Assembly (NCBI GenBank): GCA_963801355.1
Contig: CAWDEM010000004.1
Location: 864,001-928,000, forward strand
Direction: 5' to 3'
Length of the DNA stretch: 64,000 bases
DNA from: Ignavibacteriota bacterium
GTDB taxonomy: Bacteria; Bacteroidota; Ignavibacteria; UBA10030; UBA6906
The notes under the pieces are model-generated. The model was not told the origin of the DNA and did not search any database. It saw only the letters and a program-made list of their open reading frames with translations. Shown in pieces: positions 1 to 9,635 of this stretch; within the stretch, counting starts at the first letter, position 1; every line of letters starts with the position of its first letter. Both the position numbers and the translations under genes were made by a program.

Positions 1-363
1 ACCACCATTGCTTTGAAAGGTGTCCAAGAGGAAATTGCACTGCCCATAGATGGCAGAAAGAGGAATCTGTCTCGGCCACTCCTTATTGACTATTTTGGCA
101 AGGAACGACTTGGCTTAGCGGACCGTGTTGTTGATGATGTGCTTGCCAGACTCGAGAACGCCGTTGGAGAATGGGAAAGAGTTATCAAGATGAGCTTTCT
201 TTCTGATACAGCACAGACAAACTACGTAACCCTTTTGTCAAAGCGTGCACGATACTGCTGTCCGGAGCCTGACTACTGGACAACATCGCTATCGGGATAT
301 TGTGGTTTATTGGTGTTGTTCTCTCGTCGAACGTTTATCTGGGTAGTTGACCTGGTTAGTTGA
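1..363 (+). CDS. hipA: HipA-family toxin/kinase, C-terminal part (5' end outside window; residues after about 255 may not be homologous)
   Basis: Frame open from position 1. EEIALPIDGRKRNL...MSFLS...YVTLLSKR resembles the C-terminus of Bacteroidota HipA-domain proteins. Confidence 0.65.
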   Translation, partial: TTIALKGVQEEIALPIDGRKRNLSRPLLIDYFGKERLGLADRVVDDVLARLENAVGEWERVIKMSFLSDTAQTNYVTLLSKRARYCCPEPDYWTTSLSGYCGLLVLFSRRTFIWVVDLVS

Positions 364-395
364 CCTTGGCGTCCTGTTTGACCTTGGCGTCCTGT
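360..395 (+). repeat. Perfect 18-bp tandem repeat x2 (TTGACCTTGGCGTCCTGT) abutting the IS left end
   Basis: 360-377 is identical to 378-395; a shorter TAGTTGACC duplication lies just upstream. Confidence 0.95.
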
Positions 396-491
396 TTGGT
401 AAAATAGAAAAGGCCTCACTTTCGTGGTGGTGTAGATATCCGTACGTTCCGGATAACCAAAGTGACATCTCACCGACGAAAGGAGGCCCGT

Positions 492-1514
492 ATGCGTGTC
501 CAGAAGGTAACACGAAGTTTTGACAGTGGCAAGTCCGCTATCCTGTACGATCAGTATGTCGGCCTTGAATGGTCTCTCAAGACGATGGCGATCGCGCATA
601 TGTCGCGTCATGATGATCATCCCCGGATCTTCGAACGTGAGCCCGACTTGAAAGAGCTGAAGCAATACCTCGGGTCGTTCAAGGGTCACACGATCATGAC
701 GCTGGAGGAATCCGGGACTGCGCACTGGTTGTATCTGGAATTATTGGATTGTGTAGCAAGGATTATCGTCTGTGATCCATTCCACAACAGATTGTTGTGG
801 CACGGCCCGAAGACGGATAAGATCGACGCGGGAAAGCTGTGCGAGCTGCTGCGGGCAGGACTTCTCAAGGAGGTCTACCACAGCGACAATGGAGTGTACG
901 AACTCAGAACACTGGTCAGCGCGTATCAGGATGTTGTCTGTGCCGGAGTTCGCGCCCTGAACCAGAAGAGGGCCCTCACACTGGGGCACCGCGACAAGGG
1001 GAAGAGCGCCTCCTTTATTGGGGAAATGCTCCAGGAGAACATCGACCTCTATCGGCGCAGCAAACAGCAGTATGAGCGACGTCTCGCCGATGTGGCCCGG
1101 CGTAACACGCTGGTCCGCTACCAGAGAGAGATCGATGGTATCGGTACGATCGGAGCAGTGAAGGTCGTAGCCACGGTGGTGGATGCGAGGCGATTCCCCT
1201 ATGCAGGAAAGTACCTCTGTTACTGCGGACTCGTCACACATGAAAAACTCAGCGGCGGGCGCAGCTACGGTCAGCGAAAGCCGCGGTACAACAGAGTCCT
1301 GAAGTCCGTCTACAAGACTGCTGCCCTGGCCTCTATCAGGGGGGCGAATCCGATCCGAGCATATTACGATCATCTCCTCGCTCGAGGTATCGCCGAGCAC
1401 AACGCACGTCACGCTGTTGCCCGTTACATCGCACGGATCAGTTACGGGATGCTGAAGAGTGGCACACGCTACGAACCGTATCGTTGGAAGGACGAGGTAC
1501 AGAAAGTCATATAA
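492..1514 (+). CDS. IS110-family DEDD recombinase/transposase
   Basis: AGGAGG RBS before ATG 492. Motifs YVGLEWS, LEESG, PKTDKIDA, IDGIGTIGA, YCGLV...SGG, AVAR.IARI.YGML. Confidence 0.95.
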   Translation: MRVQKVTRSFDSGKSAILYDQYVGLEWSLKTMAIAHMSRHDDHPRIFEREPDLKELKQYLGSFKGHTIMTLEESGTAHWLYLELLDCVARIIVCDPFHNRLLWHGPKTDKIDAGKLCELLRAGLLKEVYHSDNGVYELRTLVSAYQDVVCAGVRALNQKRALTLGHRDKGKSASFIGEMLQENIDLYRRSKQQYERRLADVARRNTLVRYQREIDGIGTIGAVKVVATVVDARRFPYAGKYLCYCGLVTHEKLSGGRSYGQRKPRYNRVLKSVYKTAALASIRGANPIRAYYDHLLARGIAEHNARHAVARYIARISYGMLKSGTRYEPYRWKDEVQKVI

Positions 1515-1599
1515 AAGAGTCTATCATATTGTCGCCGCACGGTGCACTGGTCTGAGAGCAGCCCAGCGTGGATCTGAGAGATCCCTGAACATCGATGGG

Positions 1600-1755
1600 T
1601 CTTCTCCAGTTGGAGGGAGAGTTCACGATAGTCAATGCGCGCCTTATCTGCTTTGCAGCAGAGGCAAACGCCAGTTGTTTGGTTAACCCCCTCCCGTGTA
1701 TACTCGAATTTGCCGTAGCCCATAGAGAGCTCAGATAATTGAATAGAACACGTAC
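1600..1755 (+). ncRNA. Putative bridge/seekRNA of the IS1111-type element (ends approximate)
   Basis: GATAGTCAA (1627-1635) is the reverse complement of target right half TTGACTATC. TGTTTG (1676-1681) matches the target left half. ATAATTG (1735-1741) matches the donor junction. These segments lie in loops closed by stems. Confidence 0.7.
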
Positions 1756-1896
1756 CCGCGCAAAGTAAAGACTCTTCAAGAACAGGGACACGAGTCCATA
1801 CATTGCGCTCAGCCCGAAAGTGTGGCGGAATGTCAGAAAACGAAGCCCGTTCTCCGTTCAGGGTGAATTATTTCTTCTTGACATTCTTTTCTATAA

Positions 1897-1925
1897 TTGA
1901 CTATCCTTCCACGCCGGCGTATATT
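1897..1925 (+). promoter_or_regulatory. Sigma70-type promoter TTGACT-17-TATATT
   Basis: Near-consensus boxes with 17-bp spacer; homologous to the promoter at 18074. Confidence 0.75.
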
Positions 1926-1984
1926 GCCACCGTACCGTTGATACCTCGTGCCGTCGGGATCACGCGCATACGTGCAGGTCTCCC

Positions 1985-2098
1985 ATGATCGGGCACACGA
2001 TCTCCCGCTACAAAATTCTCCAGCAGCTTGGTGCAGGTGGAATGGGCGTTGTCTATGAAGCCCTGGACCTGAAGCTCGACCGGACTGTTGCGCTCAAA
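1985..2098 (+). pseudogene. 5' fragment of a Ser/Thr protein kinase gene
   Basis: [38 protein letters not shown] is kinase subdomains I-II, paralogous to 18161; homology stops at VALK. Confidence 0.85.
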
Positions 2099-2114
2099 TC
2101 AAAGGAGGATAGCC

Positions 2115-2495
2115 ATGACACTCAAGACCCTCATGATCATCAAGGCGGTTGTTTGCGTGGTCTTCGGACCCATTCTGCTCTTTCTTCCTGACCCGTTGCT
2201 GACTATGTTGGGGAGCTCGTTCGGGCCCGGAGCCGCAATCACTGCCAGGGAATACGGAGCGGCTCTCGTGGGTAATTTCCTGCTTGTCTGGCTTGCCAGA
2301 AATGCCGAAGAATCGGTGGCGAGGCGGGCGATACTTTGGGATTTGTTCGTGTATGATGCCATTGCATTCATTGCCATGCTACTGATTCAACTCTCCGGCG
2401 GAATGAATCTGCTCGGGTGGAGTATTGTGGCCATCTACCTCTTCTTCGGGGTTGCCTTTGGGTATTTCTTACTGCCGCGACAGAGGGTTGCCTGA
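2115..2495 (+). CDS. Small membrane protein with about 4 TM segments (DUF4345-like)
   Basis: AAGGAGG RBS before ATG 2115; four hydrophobic stretches. Confidence 0.75.
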   Translation: MTLKTLMIIKAVVCVVFGPILLFLPDPLLTMLGSSFGPGAAITAREYGAALVGNFLLVWLARNAEESVARRAILWDLFVYDAIAFIAMLLIQLSGGMNLLGWSIVAIYLFFGVAFGYFLLPRQRVA

Positions 2496-2549
2496 ATGTT
2501 TGATGCTTTTCCTTAACCCTACTTGCGTCGATTATCCAAAGGAAGCGCG

Positions 2550-3335
2550 ATGGATGAAAAGTTATATGCTGTTGGCGCAAAGTACTACGATGGCGCCTAC
2601 CAGAACAATCCGAACCTCGACGATGTACCCTTCTATCTGGACCTCGCCCGGCGCTATGGCGGGCCGGTCCTCGAAATCGCGTGCGGCACGGGACGTGTTC
2701 TCCTCGAGATCGCTCGAAATGGAATTGAGATCTGGGGAATCGATTTTTCAAAAGAACAACTGACAGTCCTTAACTCCAAGCTTCTGAAAGAACCGGAGCG
2801 AATAAGAAATCTTGTGAGGGTGTTCAACGGTGACATGCGTACATTTTCACTCGAAAGGAAGTTTCCCCTCGCCATCATTCCTTTCCGGCCGATGCAACAC
2901 ATGTATACAATCGAGGATCAAATCAGCGCGCTGAACGCGGCAAAGGCTCATCTTCTGCCCAAAGGTATTCTTGCATTCGATGTGTTCTATCCAAGCTACT
3001 CGGCTTTGCTGGAACCATTGGGTAGTGAAACGCCCGAACTCGAATGGCGCGCTCCGGAGGATGTCGGGCGTCGTGTGCGCAGGTACTTTAGGAGGACCGG
3101 GGTGAACTTTCTCCAGCAGTATTTTGAGGGGGAGTTCGTTTTCCGCACGTTCGATGGAGACCGGCTCATCAAGGAAGAGCGGTCACCATTCAAGTTGGGA
3201 TACTACACCTACCCTCAACTTCTTCTCCTCTTCCGGCATTGCGGGCTTGAGGTAGTTGAACAATACGGCAGCTTCAAACGAGAGCCCATCGACATCTGCA
3301 AGGAGATGATATTCCTCCTGAGGCCGGCAAGCTGA
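2550..3335 (+). CDS. Class I SAM-dependent methyltransferase
   Basis: GPVLEIACGTGR motif I, GIDFS, GDMRTF. Confidence 0.9.
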   Translation: MDEKLYAVGAKYYDGAYQNNPNLDDVPFYLDLARRYGGPVLEIACGTGRVLLEIARNGIEIWGIDFSKEQLTVLNSKLLKEPERIRNLVRVFNGDMRTFSLERKFPLAIIPFRPMQHMYTIEDQISALNAAKAHLLPKGILAFDVFYPSYSALLEPLGSETPELEWRAPEDVGRRVRRYFRRTGVNFLQQYFEGEFVFRTFDGDRLIKEERSPFKLGYYTYPQLLLLFRHCGLEVVEQYGSFKREPIDICKEMIFLLRPAS

Positions 3336-3371
3336 AGAGCCCACCCGGGCCGGGCTCCACATAGGTGATCC

Positions 3372-4787
3372 ATGATGAGAAATGTTCTATTGCTCCTCCT
3401 TGCTGCAACACTCCCGGGGATTTTATCGGGTTCGCGCGACACACGCCCGTACGATGTGAGGGTCAAAGAGATGCTCTTCGCCACCCCCAGCTCCACCATC
3501 GCATTTTCGGGACAAGATGCGCTGCTCGCAAGCACGCCACCAATGGGCTGGAATAGCTGGGATGCGTATGGAACCAACGTGCGCGAGGAACAGGTGAAAG
3601 CAAATGCAGACGCGATGGCTCGCGACCTTGCACCTTTTGGCTACCGCTATGTTGTGGTGGACATCCAGTGGTACCAGCCGACGGCGCATGGACACGAGTA
3701 CATCCCTGGAGCGTCCCTGGCAATGGATGAGTACGGGCGCCTGATACCTGCCGTGAACAGGTTTCCCTCTTCGGCGAATGGGGCAGGATTCAAGCCGCTT
3801 GCCGATTATGTTCATGCCCTTGGTCTCAAATTCGGCATCCATGTCATGCGGGGTATCCCGCGTCAGGCGGTTAAGAAAAACACACCTATTGTGGGGACCC
3901 CATACCGTGCCGCTGACGTCGCGGACACAACGAATGGATGCGCTTGGAACCCGGACATGTGGGGGATTGACGTACGGAAGCCGGGCGGGCAGGCGTACTA
4001 CGACGCGATCGCGCAACTCTACTCGTCGTGGGGAGTCGACTTCGTGAAAGCCGATGACATGGGAAGCCATCGCTTTCAGCCACTCGAGATTTCCGCCCTG
4101 CGTCGCGCGCTTGATCTCACCGGCCGGCCAATCGTACTCAGCATCTCACCGGGTCCCGCGCCCCTCGATTCCGCCTCCTTCCTCGCACAGCACGCTCAGA
4201 TGTGGCGCATCTCAGATGACTTCTGGGACGACTGGATACTCGTGCGCGGGCAGTTTGACTATGCGCGCGATTGGGCCCGTTTCGTCGGTGACCACAACAC
4301 TTGGCCTGACGCTGACATGCTGCCCTTCGGCCAACTTCGCCTCACCGACTCGGCTGGCCAAGGCACTCCCACCAGGCTTACACCGGATGAGCAGCGCACG
4401 GTGATGACCCTTTGGAGCATCTTTCGCTCACCACTCATCATTGGCGGCAGCCTACACACGCTCGACGGACCAACCCTCGCCTTGCTCACCAACACCGAAG
4501 TGCTCAGCGTCAATCAACACGGGCAGGCGCCCCGTCAGATGCTTGAACGACCCGGCGTGCGCGTCTGGCGCTCCACCGTCCCAGAGAGTGCTGATCAGTA
4601 CATCGCTGTGTTCAACATTGATTCCGTAGCTCGCCAATTCAACTTCACCTGGAAGGATGTTGGCCTCAGCACGGGCCGCCATGCCATCCGTGACCTGTGG
4701 AATCACCGCTCGCTGGGCAAGGCCGGGCGACTACACGTCGAGCTCTCCTCTCACGCAAGTGCGCTTTTCCGCATCGACGGTCAGTGA
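3372..4787 (+). CDS. GH27 glycoside hydrolase (alpha-galactosidase / beta-L-arabinopyranosidase-like)
   Basis: Signal peptide; TPPMGWNSW, VVVDIQW, WGVDFVKADD, MWRISDDFWD, WPDADML. Confidence 0.92.
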   Translation: MMRNVLLLLLAATLPGILSGSRDTRPYDVRVKEMLFATPSSTIAFSGQDALLASTPPMGWNSWDAYGTNVREEQVKANADAMARDLAPFGYRYVVVDIQWYQPTAHGHEYIPGASLAMDEYGRLIPAVNRFPSSANGAGFKPLADYVHALGLKFGIHVMRGIPRQAVKKNTPIVGTPYRAADVADTTNGCAWNPDMWGIDVRKPGGQAYYDAIAQLYSSWGVDFVKADDMGSHRFQPLEISALRRALDLTGRPIVLSISPGPAPLDSASFLAQHAQMWRISDDFWDDWILVRGQFDYARDWARFVGDHNTWPDADMLPFGQLRLTDSAGQGTPTRLTPDEQRTVMTLWSIFRSPLIIGGSLHTLDGPTLALLTNTEVLSVNQHGQAPRQMLERPGVRVWRSTVPESADQYIAVFNIDSVARQFNFTWKDVGLSTGRHAIRDLWNHRSLGKAGRLHVELSSHASALFRIDGQ

Positions 4788-4837
4788 TTGTGTTCTGCAC
4801 CCGGTCACGATATCGCCGATTCCGGGAGGTCCGGCAG

Positions 4838-6298
4838 CTATCTCAAAAGTAACATGCGTTTGGTGAGGAGGGAATTCTGCATTTCCAGAGAGCAAAAATA
4901 CACGCCGCTGCCATACTCCGATGCATTCCACACCACTGAATGTGTTCCTGCATCCAATTCCTTGTCCACCAACCTGATGATTTCGTTGCCAAGCACATCA
5001 TGAATTGTCAACGCAGCGTGCGTTCGTTTTGACAAGCCGAAGGTGATCGTGGTCGTTGGATTGAACGGGTTGGGATAGTTCTGTTTTAGGGAGGATTCTG
5101 CTGGTTGTGAACGCGCATTCAATATTCCCATGTCTGCGCCGGAGGGCGTGGCATCGACTGCTCGAATAATTGCCTGGATAATCTCCGGATATGCCTTCGC
5201 ACCGGTGGACCGATTGAAAAGTCCCATAGCATTGTCACCGGTATAGCCATTGTCCCAGTAGAACGGTACAAGCCCATGCTTGCAGAGGGATCCGGTGATA
5301 TACTGGATGTAGTATAGTCGGTATCCGGCGTGTTCGGCATTGAGCGCTGCACTCCCCAGATTCAAGCGGGCCTGGGCACCGTACTCGCCCAGCATCACCC
5401 CATACCCTTTGTCGATGAAATTGGTCTTCATCTTCTGGAATTGTCCATCGGCGTACGCTTCGTTTGCCCAGCTTTCGCTCTTTGGTGCGTTCTGCCCCCA
5501 CTGATAAACGGTGCTGCTGGAATTTATTGTGAAATTGTATGGATCGTAGTAGTGGACTTCGACAATCAGTCTATGTGGCACGACATCAGCGGGCACGGCA
5601 AAATAGTTCACAGTGTGATCGATGTTCGTATTGAATCCCTGTACCGCCAGGTGGCGATAGTAGTTCCGCCCGCCTGTTGATCGCACCGTGGCCACGAATG
5701 TCTGATTGTAACTATTCTGGACGGTATAGTATTCTTTCGTCGGTGTCCCGTAGTTGCCGGTCACCATGACTTCATTGGTCCCTGCAAAAATCAGATGGTC
5801 GTCATAGTCCCGAAAGTGGACTGCAATCTGGCGCCACATCGCCGCCAGCCTGTTGTTCACATACGACTGATAACCATACCTCGGTTGAATCCAGCCGTTG
5901 TCCCAATGTTCATTGATGATGGCATACATGCTGTCACTGAGAACGTAGTTGACCACCTGTTCCACGCGCGCCAGCCAGGCTGGGTCAATGGAGTATGTTG
6001 CTGTATCGGTGAAGCGGCTCCAGGCCACCGGTATACGCACGGCACGAAATCCCGCTGCCTTGATTGAATCGATGAGTCTCTGCGTGATGAGCGGATTCCC
6101 CCATGCTGTCTCACCGCCGATGGCCTCCAACGAGTTGCCGACGTTCCAGCCCGGAACCATCTCCGGGGCCAATTCGACGGATGTCAGGTTGCGCATTCCC
6201 GTGGGGTCAGGCGGAATGCTATCTTCAAGTACTCTTGAGTTCGTCTGGGCAATGCCCACAACTGGAACGAACAGCAGCACAATGAGAATGTTCTTCAT
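4838..6298 (-). CDS. GH5 endoglucanase-like enzyme with T9SS CTD
   Basis: GWNVGNSLEA, AGFRAVRIPVAW, FAGTNE, EVHYYDPY, LGEYGA; QNYPNPFNP CTD without the 45-bp insert. Start set at MKNIL. Confidence 0.92.
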   Translation of the reverse strand: MKNILIVLLFVPVVGIAQTNSRVLEDSIPPDPTGMRNLTSVELAPEMVPGWNVGNSLEAIGGETAWGNPLITQRLIDSIKAAGFRAVRIPVAWSRFTDTATYSIDPAWLARVEQVVNYVLSDSMYAIINEHWDNGWIQPRYGYQSYVNNRLAAMWRQIAVHFRDYDDHLIFAGTNEVMVTGNYGTPTKEYYTVQNSYNQTFVATVRSTGGRNYYRHLAVQGFNTNIDHTVNYFAVPADVVPHRLIVEVHYYDPYNFTINSSSTVYQWGQNAPKSESWANEAYADGQFQKMKTNFIDKGYGVMLGEYGAQARLNLGSAALNAEHAGYRLYYIQYITGSLCKHGLVPFYWDNGYTGDNAMGLFNRSTGAKAYPEIIQAIIRAVDATPSGADMGILNARSQPAESSLKQNYPNPFNPTTTITFGLSKRTHAALTIHDVLGNEIIRLVDKELDAGTHSVVWNASEYGSGVYFCSLEMQNSLLTKRMLLLR

Positions 6299-6850
6299 AC
6301 TTCTTCTTCCGGTGAGAAACAAAGAACGAACCGATGAAGCCGTGCCTCTCCAATGGGTCGATGTATGAAACATAGCGAATCGGCATCGCAATCGCCAGTT
6401 GGTGGAGCATATCGAGGCAGGAATGAAAGTGCATCGCGAGGGTCATGGTCTGGTTGCCGACGAAATCATCGAGGTCAAGGAAGGAATGTAACATAAAGTA
6501 GTATGCAGACGTGGGCTCAATGGCCTGAAGTAATTGCCTCCCACAAGTTCGTGTGTCTGCGTCTGGATCTCGATCGAGAGGAGACCCTGGTGGAAAACAG
6601 CGATTGACGCTGAACTGAAGTAGCGATTTGAGTTTGGATTCGCTATGTTGCACACGTGCGGAGTTATGAAGAGGCACAGCCAATTTGCCCTGCTTCTCTA
6701 TGGCCAATTCAACCCCCAAGAGCTATTGTGTCATTGTCTTCTTTTCTCTTCTCGTCCTGCCTTTCGCGACCCCGGTTGTGCAACACCAATCCTCCCGAAG
6801 TGAGCCCGAAGTTATAGAGGCAAACAATGCTGAGGACAACACGCTGGCCG

Positions 6851-6941
6851 ATCGGTCCCTGACGGCTTCCTCAGCCCAAGGGCCGCCGCTCTGGTCCCCA
6901 TTCTGGTCCCTCCGCTCAAGAACCCTCTCCGGCAACTTGCA
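6851..6941 (+). repeat. Conserved non-coding leader element, copy 1
   Basis: Homologous to 21957-22047 and 28844-28933; invariant core GGGCCGCCGCTCTGG at 6880-6894. Confidence 0.85.
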
Positions 6942-7128
6942 GAGCGGGGCCATTGAAGTCCGTCCGGACGACGTCGGTGGTTGCGTCCAGCGGCGTGACA
7001 CTGTGGCTATCATTACAACCGATCGTAGCTCCGCTTCTCAGCAATTGGAGGAGCCTCTGATGAAATCCCGAGGCATCCACCGGCTCTTTTGAGAAGTTCA
7101 AATTCAAAAGGAAGGCATCCCACAACCC

Positions 7129-9447
7129 ATGAACCGACGCGAATCGTTGAAAAATCTGGCGGCAACGTTTGCCACCGTACAGCTGGCTCATTTACCTCCG
7201 TTTGAAAGGTTCGAGCATATGACTGCCACGATCGATGAGAGCATTCTCACGCGTCTGGATCTGCTCCGGACGGAACCGCCGTGCCGATCGGAGATCCTGA
7301 TCGAGCGAGGGGGCGCGCGACTGTTTCTCAACGGCAAGGAGGAATTCCCGTTCTTTGCCGTCAGCTCCAGTTCACTCCGCACGGCGAAGAGTTATCGGGA
7401 AGCCGGAATACGCTTTCTGCATCCGTTGATCGGCCTTGAAGACGGCTGGATTGGTCCGGGGAAGTACGACTGGACACAATACGATAAGTATTTCGCGAAG
7501 CTCCTGGAGATCGTTCCCGATGCGTTTCTCTTTCCACGCATTCACCTTTATGCTCCGGTGTGGTGGAAAGAGGCACATCCTCAGGAACTCATCACGTGCG
7601 GACTCCCTGTACCGCCTGAGGAATACAATGTTCTCCCACAGTATGTCGACAGGGACTCGGGACTGAACTGGTCGCTGAACGATCCATATGGCGCATCGTT
7701 TGCCTCCGAGATCTGGAAGAAGGAGACTGCGGAGACACTCCGGCAATTCCTGAGGCATCTGGAATCGTCGCCCTTGAAGAGCAGAATGATGGGATACCAC
7801 GTGTCCGGTATGCACACCGGTGAGTGGCATTACCTCGGATGCCGTTGGTTTCCCGACTACAGTGCGCCGATGCAGAAGGTGGCTGGACCAGTGCCGTCGG
7901 TTGAGCGTCGAATCGACAAGGATGGACCGTTGTTGCGCGACCCCGAGACCGACGGGGATGTCATCGATTTTCTTAGAAAGTACCACGCAAACACGGCAGA
8001 GACGGTGGCAGTGTTTGCAAAGATTGTCAAGGAAGAGACCGGGAGGCGGGTCATTTGCGGTACGTTTTTCTGCTATGTTCTAGAAAATGTCATGATCCAG
8101 GAAGCTGGGCACCTCGTGCCGGACGCGGTGCTCCATTCTCCCGACATCGACTTCATCGCGACACCGTATACATATCAGCGGAGCAATGTCCCCGGCAATC
8201 AGCGATGGGATAGCGACGTGATCGATGACGCGGGCAACTGGCTTGGCCGTGCCCGTGGGGTTGGTGGCGACGGCGCATACCGTGTGCTGAGCGAGTCCAT
8301 ACGCCGAAACAAGAAAATGTTCATATCAGAAATTGATTGCAGTACCTACCTGGAGCCGTACCGGCGGAGCGAGGGCGGTTCCGGTTCGGATACAATCGAA
8401 GGAACACTCAAGATCCTCCAACGTGATATCGGTCAGGTTTTTGCCACAGGTCATGCCGGCTGGTTGTTCGACTTCGGACACCTCAGCCCACCATTCAAAG
8501 CCAACAAGAGCTGGTACGATGATCCTCCAATGATTCACGAAATCAGATCGCTTCTAAGTCTGGGAGAAAAAGAGCGCCCGATACTCGATATCAGTCCGAT
8601 CTCCGAGATCGCCGCGGTCTATGAACCGAAGTCATGGCTTGCGACGAAGAGTTGGAAGGCCGAAGAACCGTGGGAGCACCACGGTATTGTCATAAGCGAT
8701 TTTATCGGCCACTGGATGGTAAACTCACAGGCGCGCACAATCAACCGGATTGGTACGCCAGCGGATTTTCTGTACCGTTTTGATCTCACCCCCGATGACC
8801 GTTCTCGATTCAAGCTCTTTCTCATGGTCAATACATTCTTCCTGACAGGGGATGAAGTGCAACGGCTCCGGATGCTTTTCAAAGGATCAGGTGCAACGGT
8901 CCTCTGGTTCTACGCGCCGGGCTACATTGGTCAACATAAGTTCGAGCCGTCGCAGATGGAGGAGTTGACCGGTTTCACATTCAGGCGGATGGATGCACCT
9001 GGCCCGATGATGATCCGGTGCAAGATCGAAGAGAATGAACTGAAGTACTTCCGGGAGTTTGGTGTGCAGAAGCCGCATTACCCGCGTTTTACGGTCGTAC
9101 CGCGCGAGGGTGAAATGCTCCGCATCCATGGCACCTGGAGTGACAGTCAGGAAATTGCATTTGCGAGCAAGGAATACGATGGCTTCACGTCGATCTACGT
9201 GGGAACGGGACCGATGCCGGTAGAATTGCTCCGGTGGATTGCAGGGCGGGCGGGAGTGAAGCTCTGGAGTTCCAAACCCGACAATGTACGGGCCACCAAG
9301 GACGCAGCAATGCTCGTCGCGACCGATGAAGGTGAACGGGTCTTCAGGCTGCCGCACCCGATGGCTTCCGTGGAGGGAGGTGCTGCGGCAATCGAACACA
9401 GGCTCTCAATGCAGTTCGGGGAAGTGAGACTCTTTGTGAAGGCTTGA
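7129..9447 (+). CDS. Putative glycoside hydrolase (beta-galactosidase/GH42-like fold), Tat-like signal
   Basis: MNRRESLK Tat-like motif; WIGPGKYDW, SFASEIWK, GYHVSGMHTGEW, FISEID. Confidence 0.6.
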   Translation: MNRRESLKNLAATFATVQLAHLPPFERFEHMTATIDESILTRLDLLRTEPPCRSEILIERGGARLFLNGKEEFPFFAVSSSSLRTAKSYREAGIRFLHPLIGLEDGWIGPGKYDWTQYDKYFAKLLEIVPDAFLFPRIHLYAPVWWKEAHPQELITCGLPVPPEEYNVLPQYVDRDSGLNWSLNDPYGASFASEIWKKETAETLRQFLRHLESSPLKSRMMGYHVSGMHTGEWHYLGCRWFPDYSAPMQKVAGPVPSVERRIDKDGPLLRDPETDGDVIDFLRKYHANTAETVAVFAKIVKEETGRRVICGTFFCYVLENVMIQEAGHLVPDAVLHSPDIDFIATPYTYQRSNVPGNQRWDSDVIDDAGNWLGRARGVGGDGAYRVLSESIRRNKKMFISEIDCSTYLEPYRRSEGGSGSDTIEGTLKILQRDIGQVFATGHAGWLFDFGHLSPPFKANKSWYDDPPMIHEIRSLLSLGEKERPILDISPISEIAAVYEPKSWLATKSWKAEEPWEHHGIVISDFIGHWMVNSQARTINRIGTPADFLYRFDLTPDDRSRFKLFLMVNTFFLTGDEVQRLRMLFKGSGATVLWFYAPGYIGQHKFEPSQMEELTGFTFRRMDAPGPMMIRCKIEENELKYFREFGVQKPHYPRFTVVPREGEMLRIHGTWSDSQEIAFASKEYDGFTSIYVGTGPMPVELLRWIAGRAGVKLWSSKPDNVRATKDAAMLVATDEGERVFRLPHPMASVEGGAAAIEHRLSMQFGEVRLFVKA

Positions 9448-9635
9448 TTGTTTCCTTTTCCGATTGATCTGGTTTGCAATTGCCTTCCGCAGGCTGGCGC
9501 TGCTCCATATTCATTGAAAGCGTGCTGCCTCCGGAACTCGGCAAGTTTGTAGCGAGTTGACCACAAATTCACTATCTTTCGCCCCGACACCGAGACTTCG
9601 GTTCCACCGTATCCCAATGAATGACTGGAGGTCTT

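Larger units (their letters stand above)
396..1899 (+). mobile_element. IS110-family, IS1111-subgroup insertion sequence
   Basis: TTG core at both ends (396-398, 1897-1899). Sub-terminal inverted repeats ATAGAAAAG (404-412) and CTTTTCTAT (1886-1894). Short left end and about 380-nt non-coding right end. Joining the ends gives a TTGACA-17-TAAAAT promoter. Confidence 0.85.

Noticed and set aside
6685-7092. 135-aa ORF spanning leader copy 1
   Set aside because: No recognisable domain or RBS, and the frame is not kept in the other two leader copies.
9521-9541. A further tRNA-Leu 3' fragment (TGCCTCCGGAACTCGG)
   Set aside because: Needs indels and mismatches and has no arm or hairpin context; compatible with chance.
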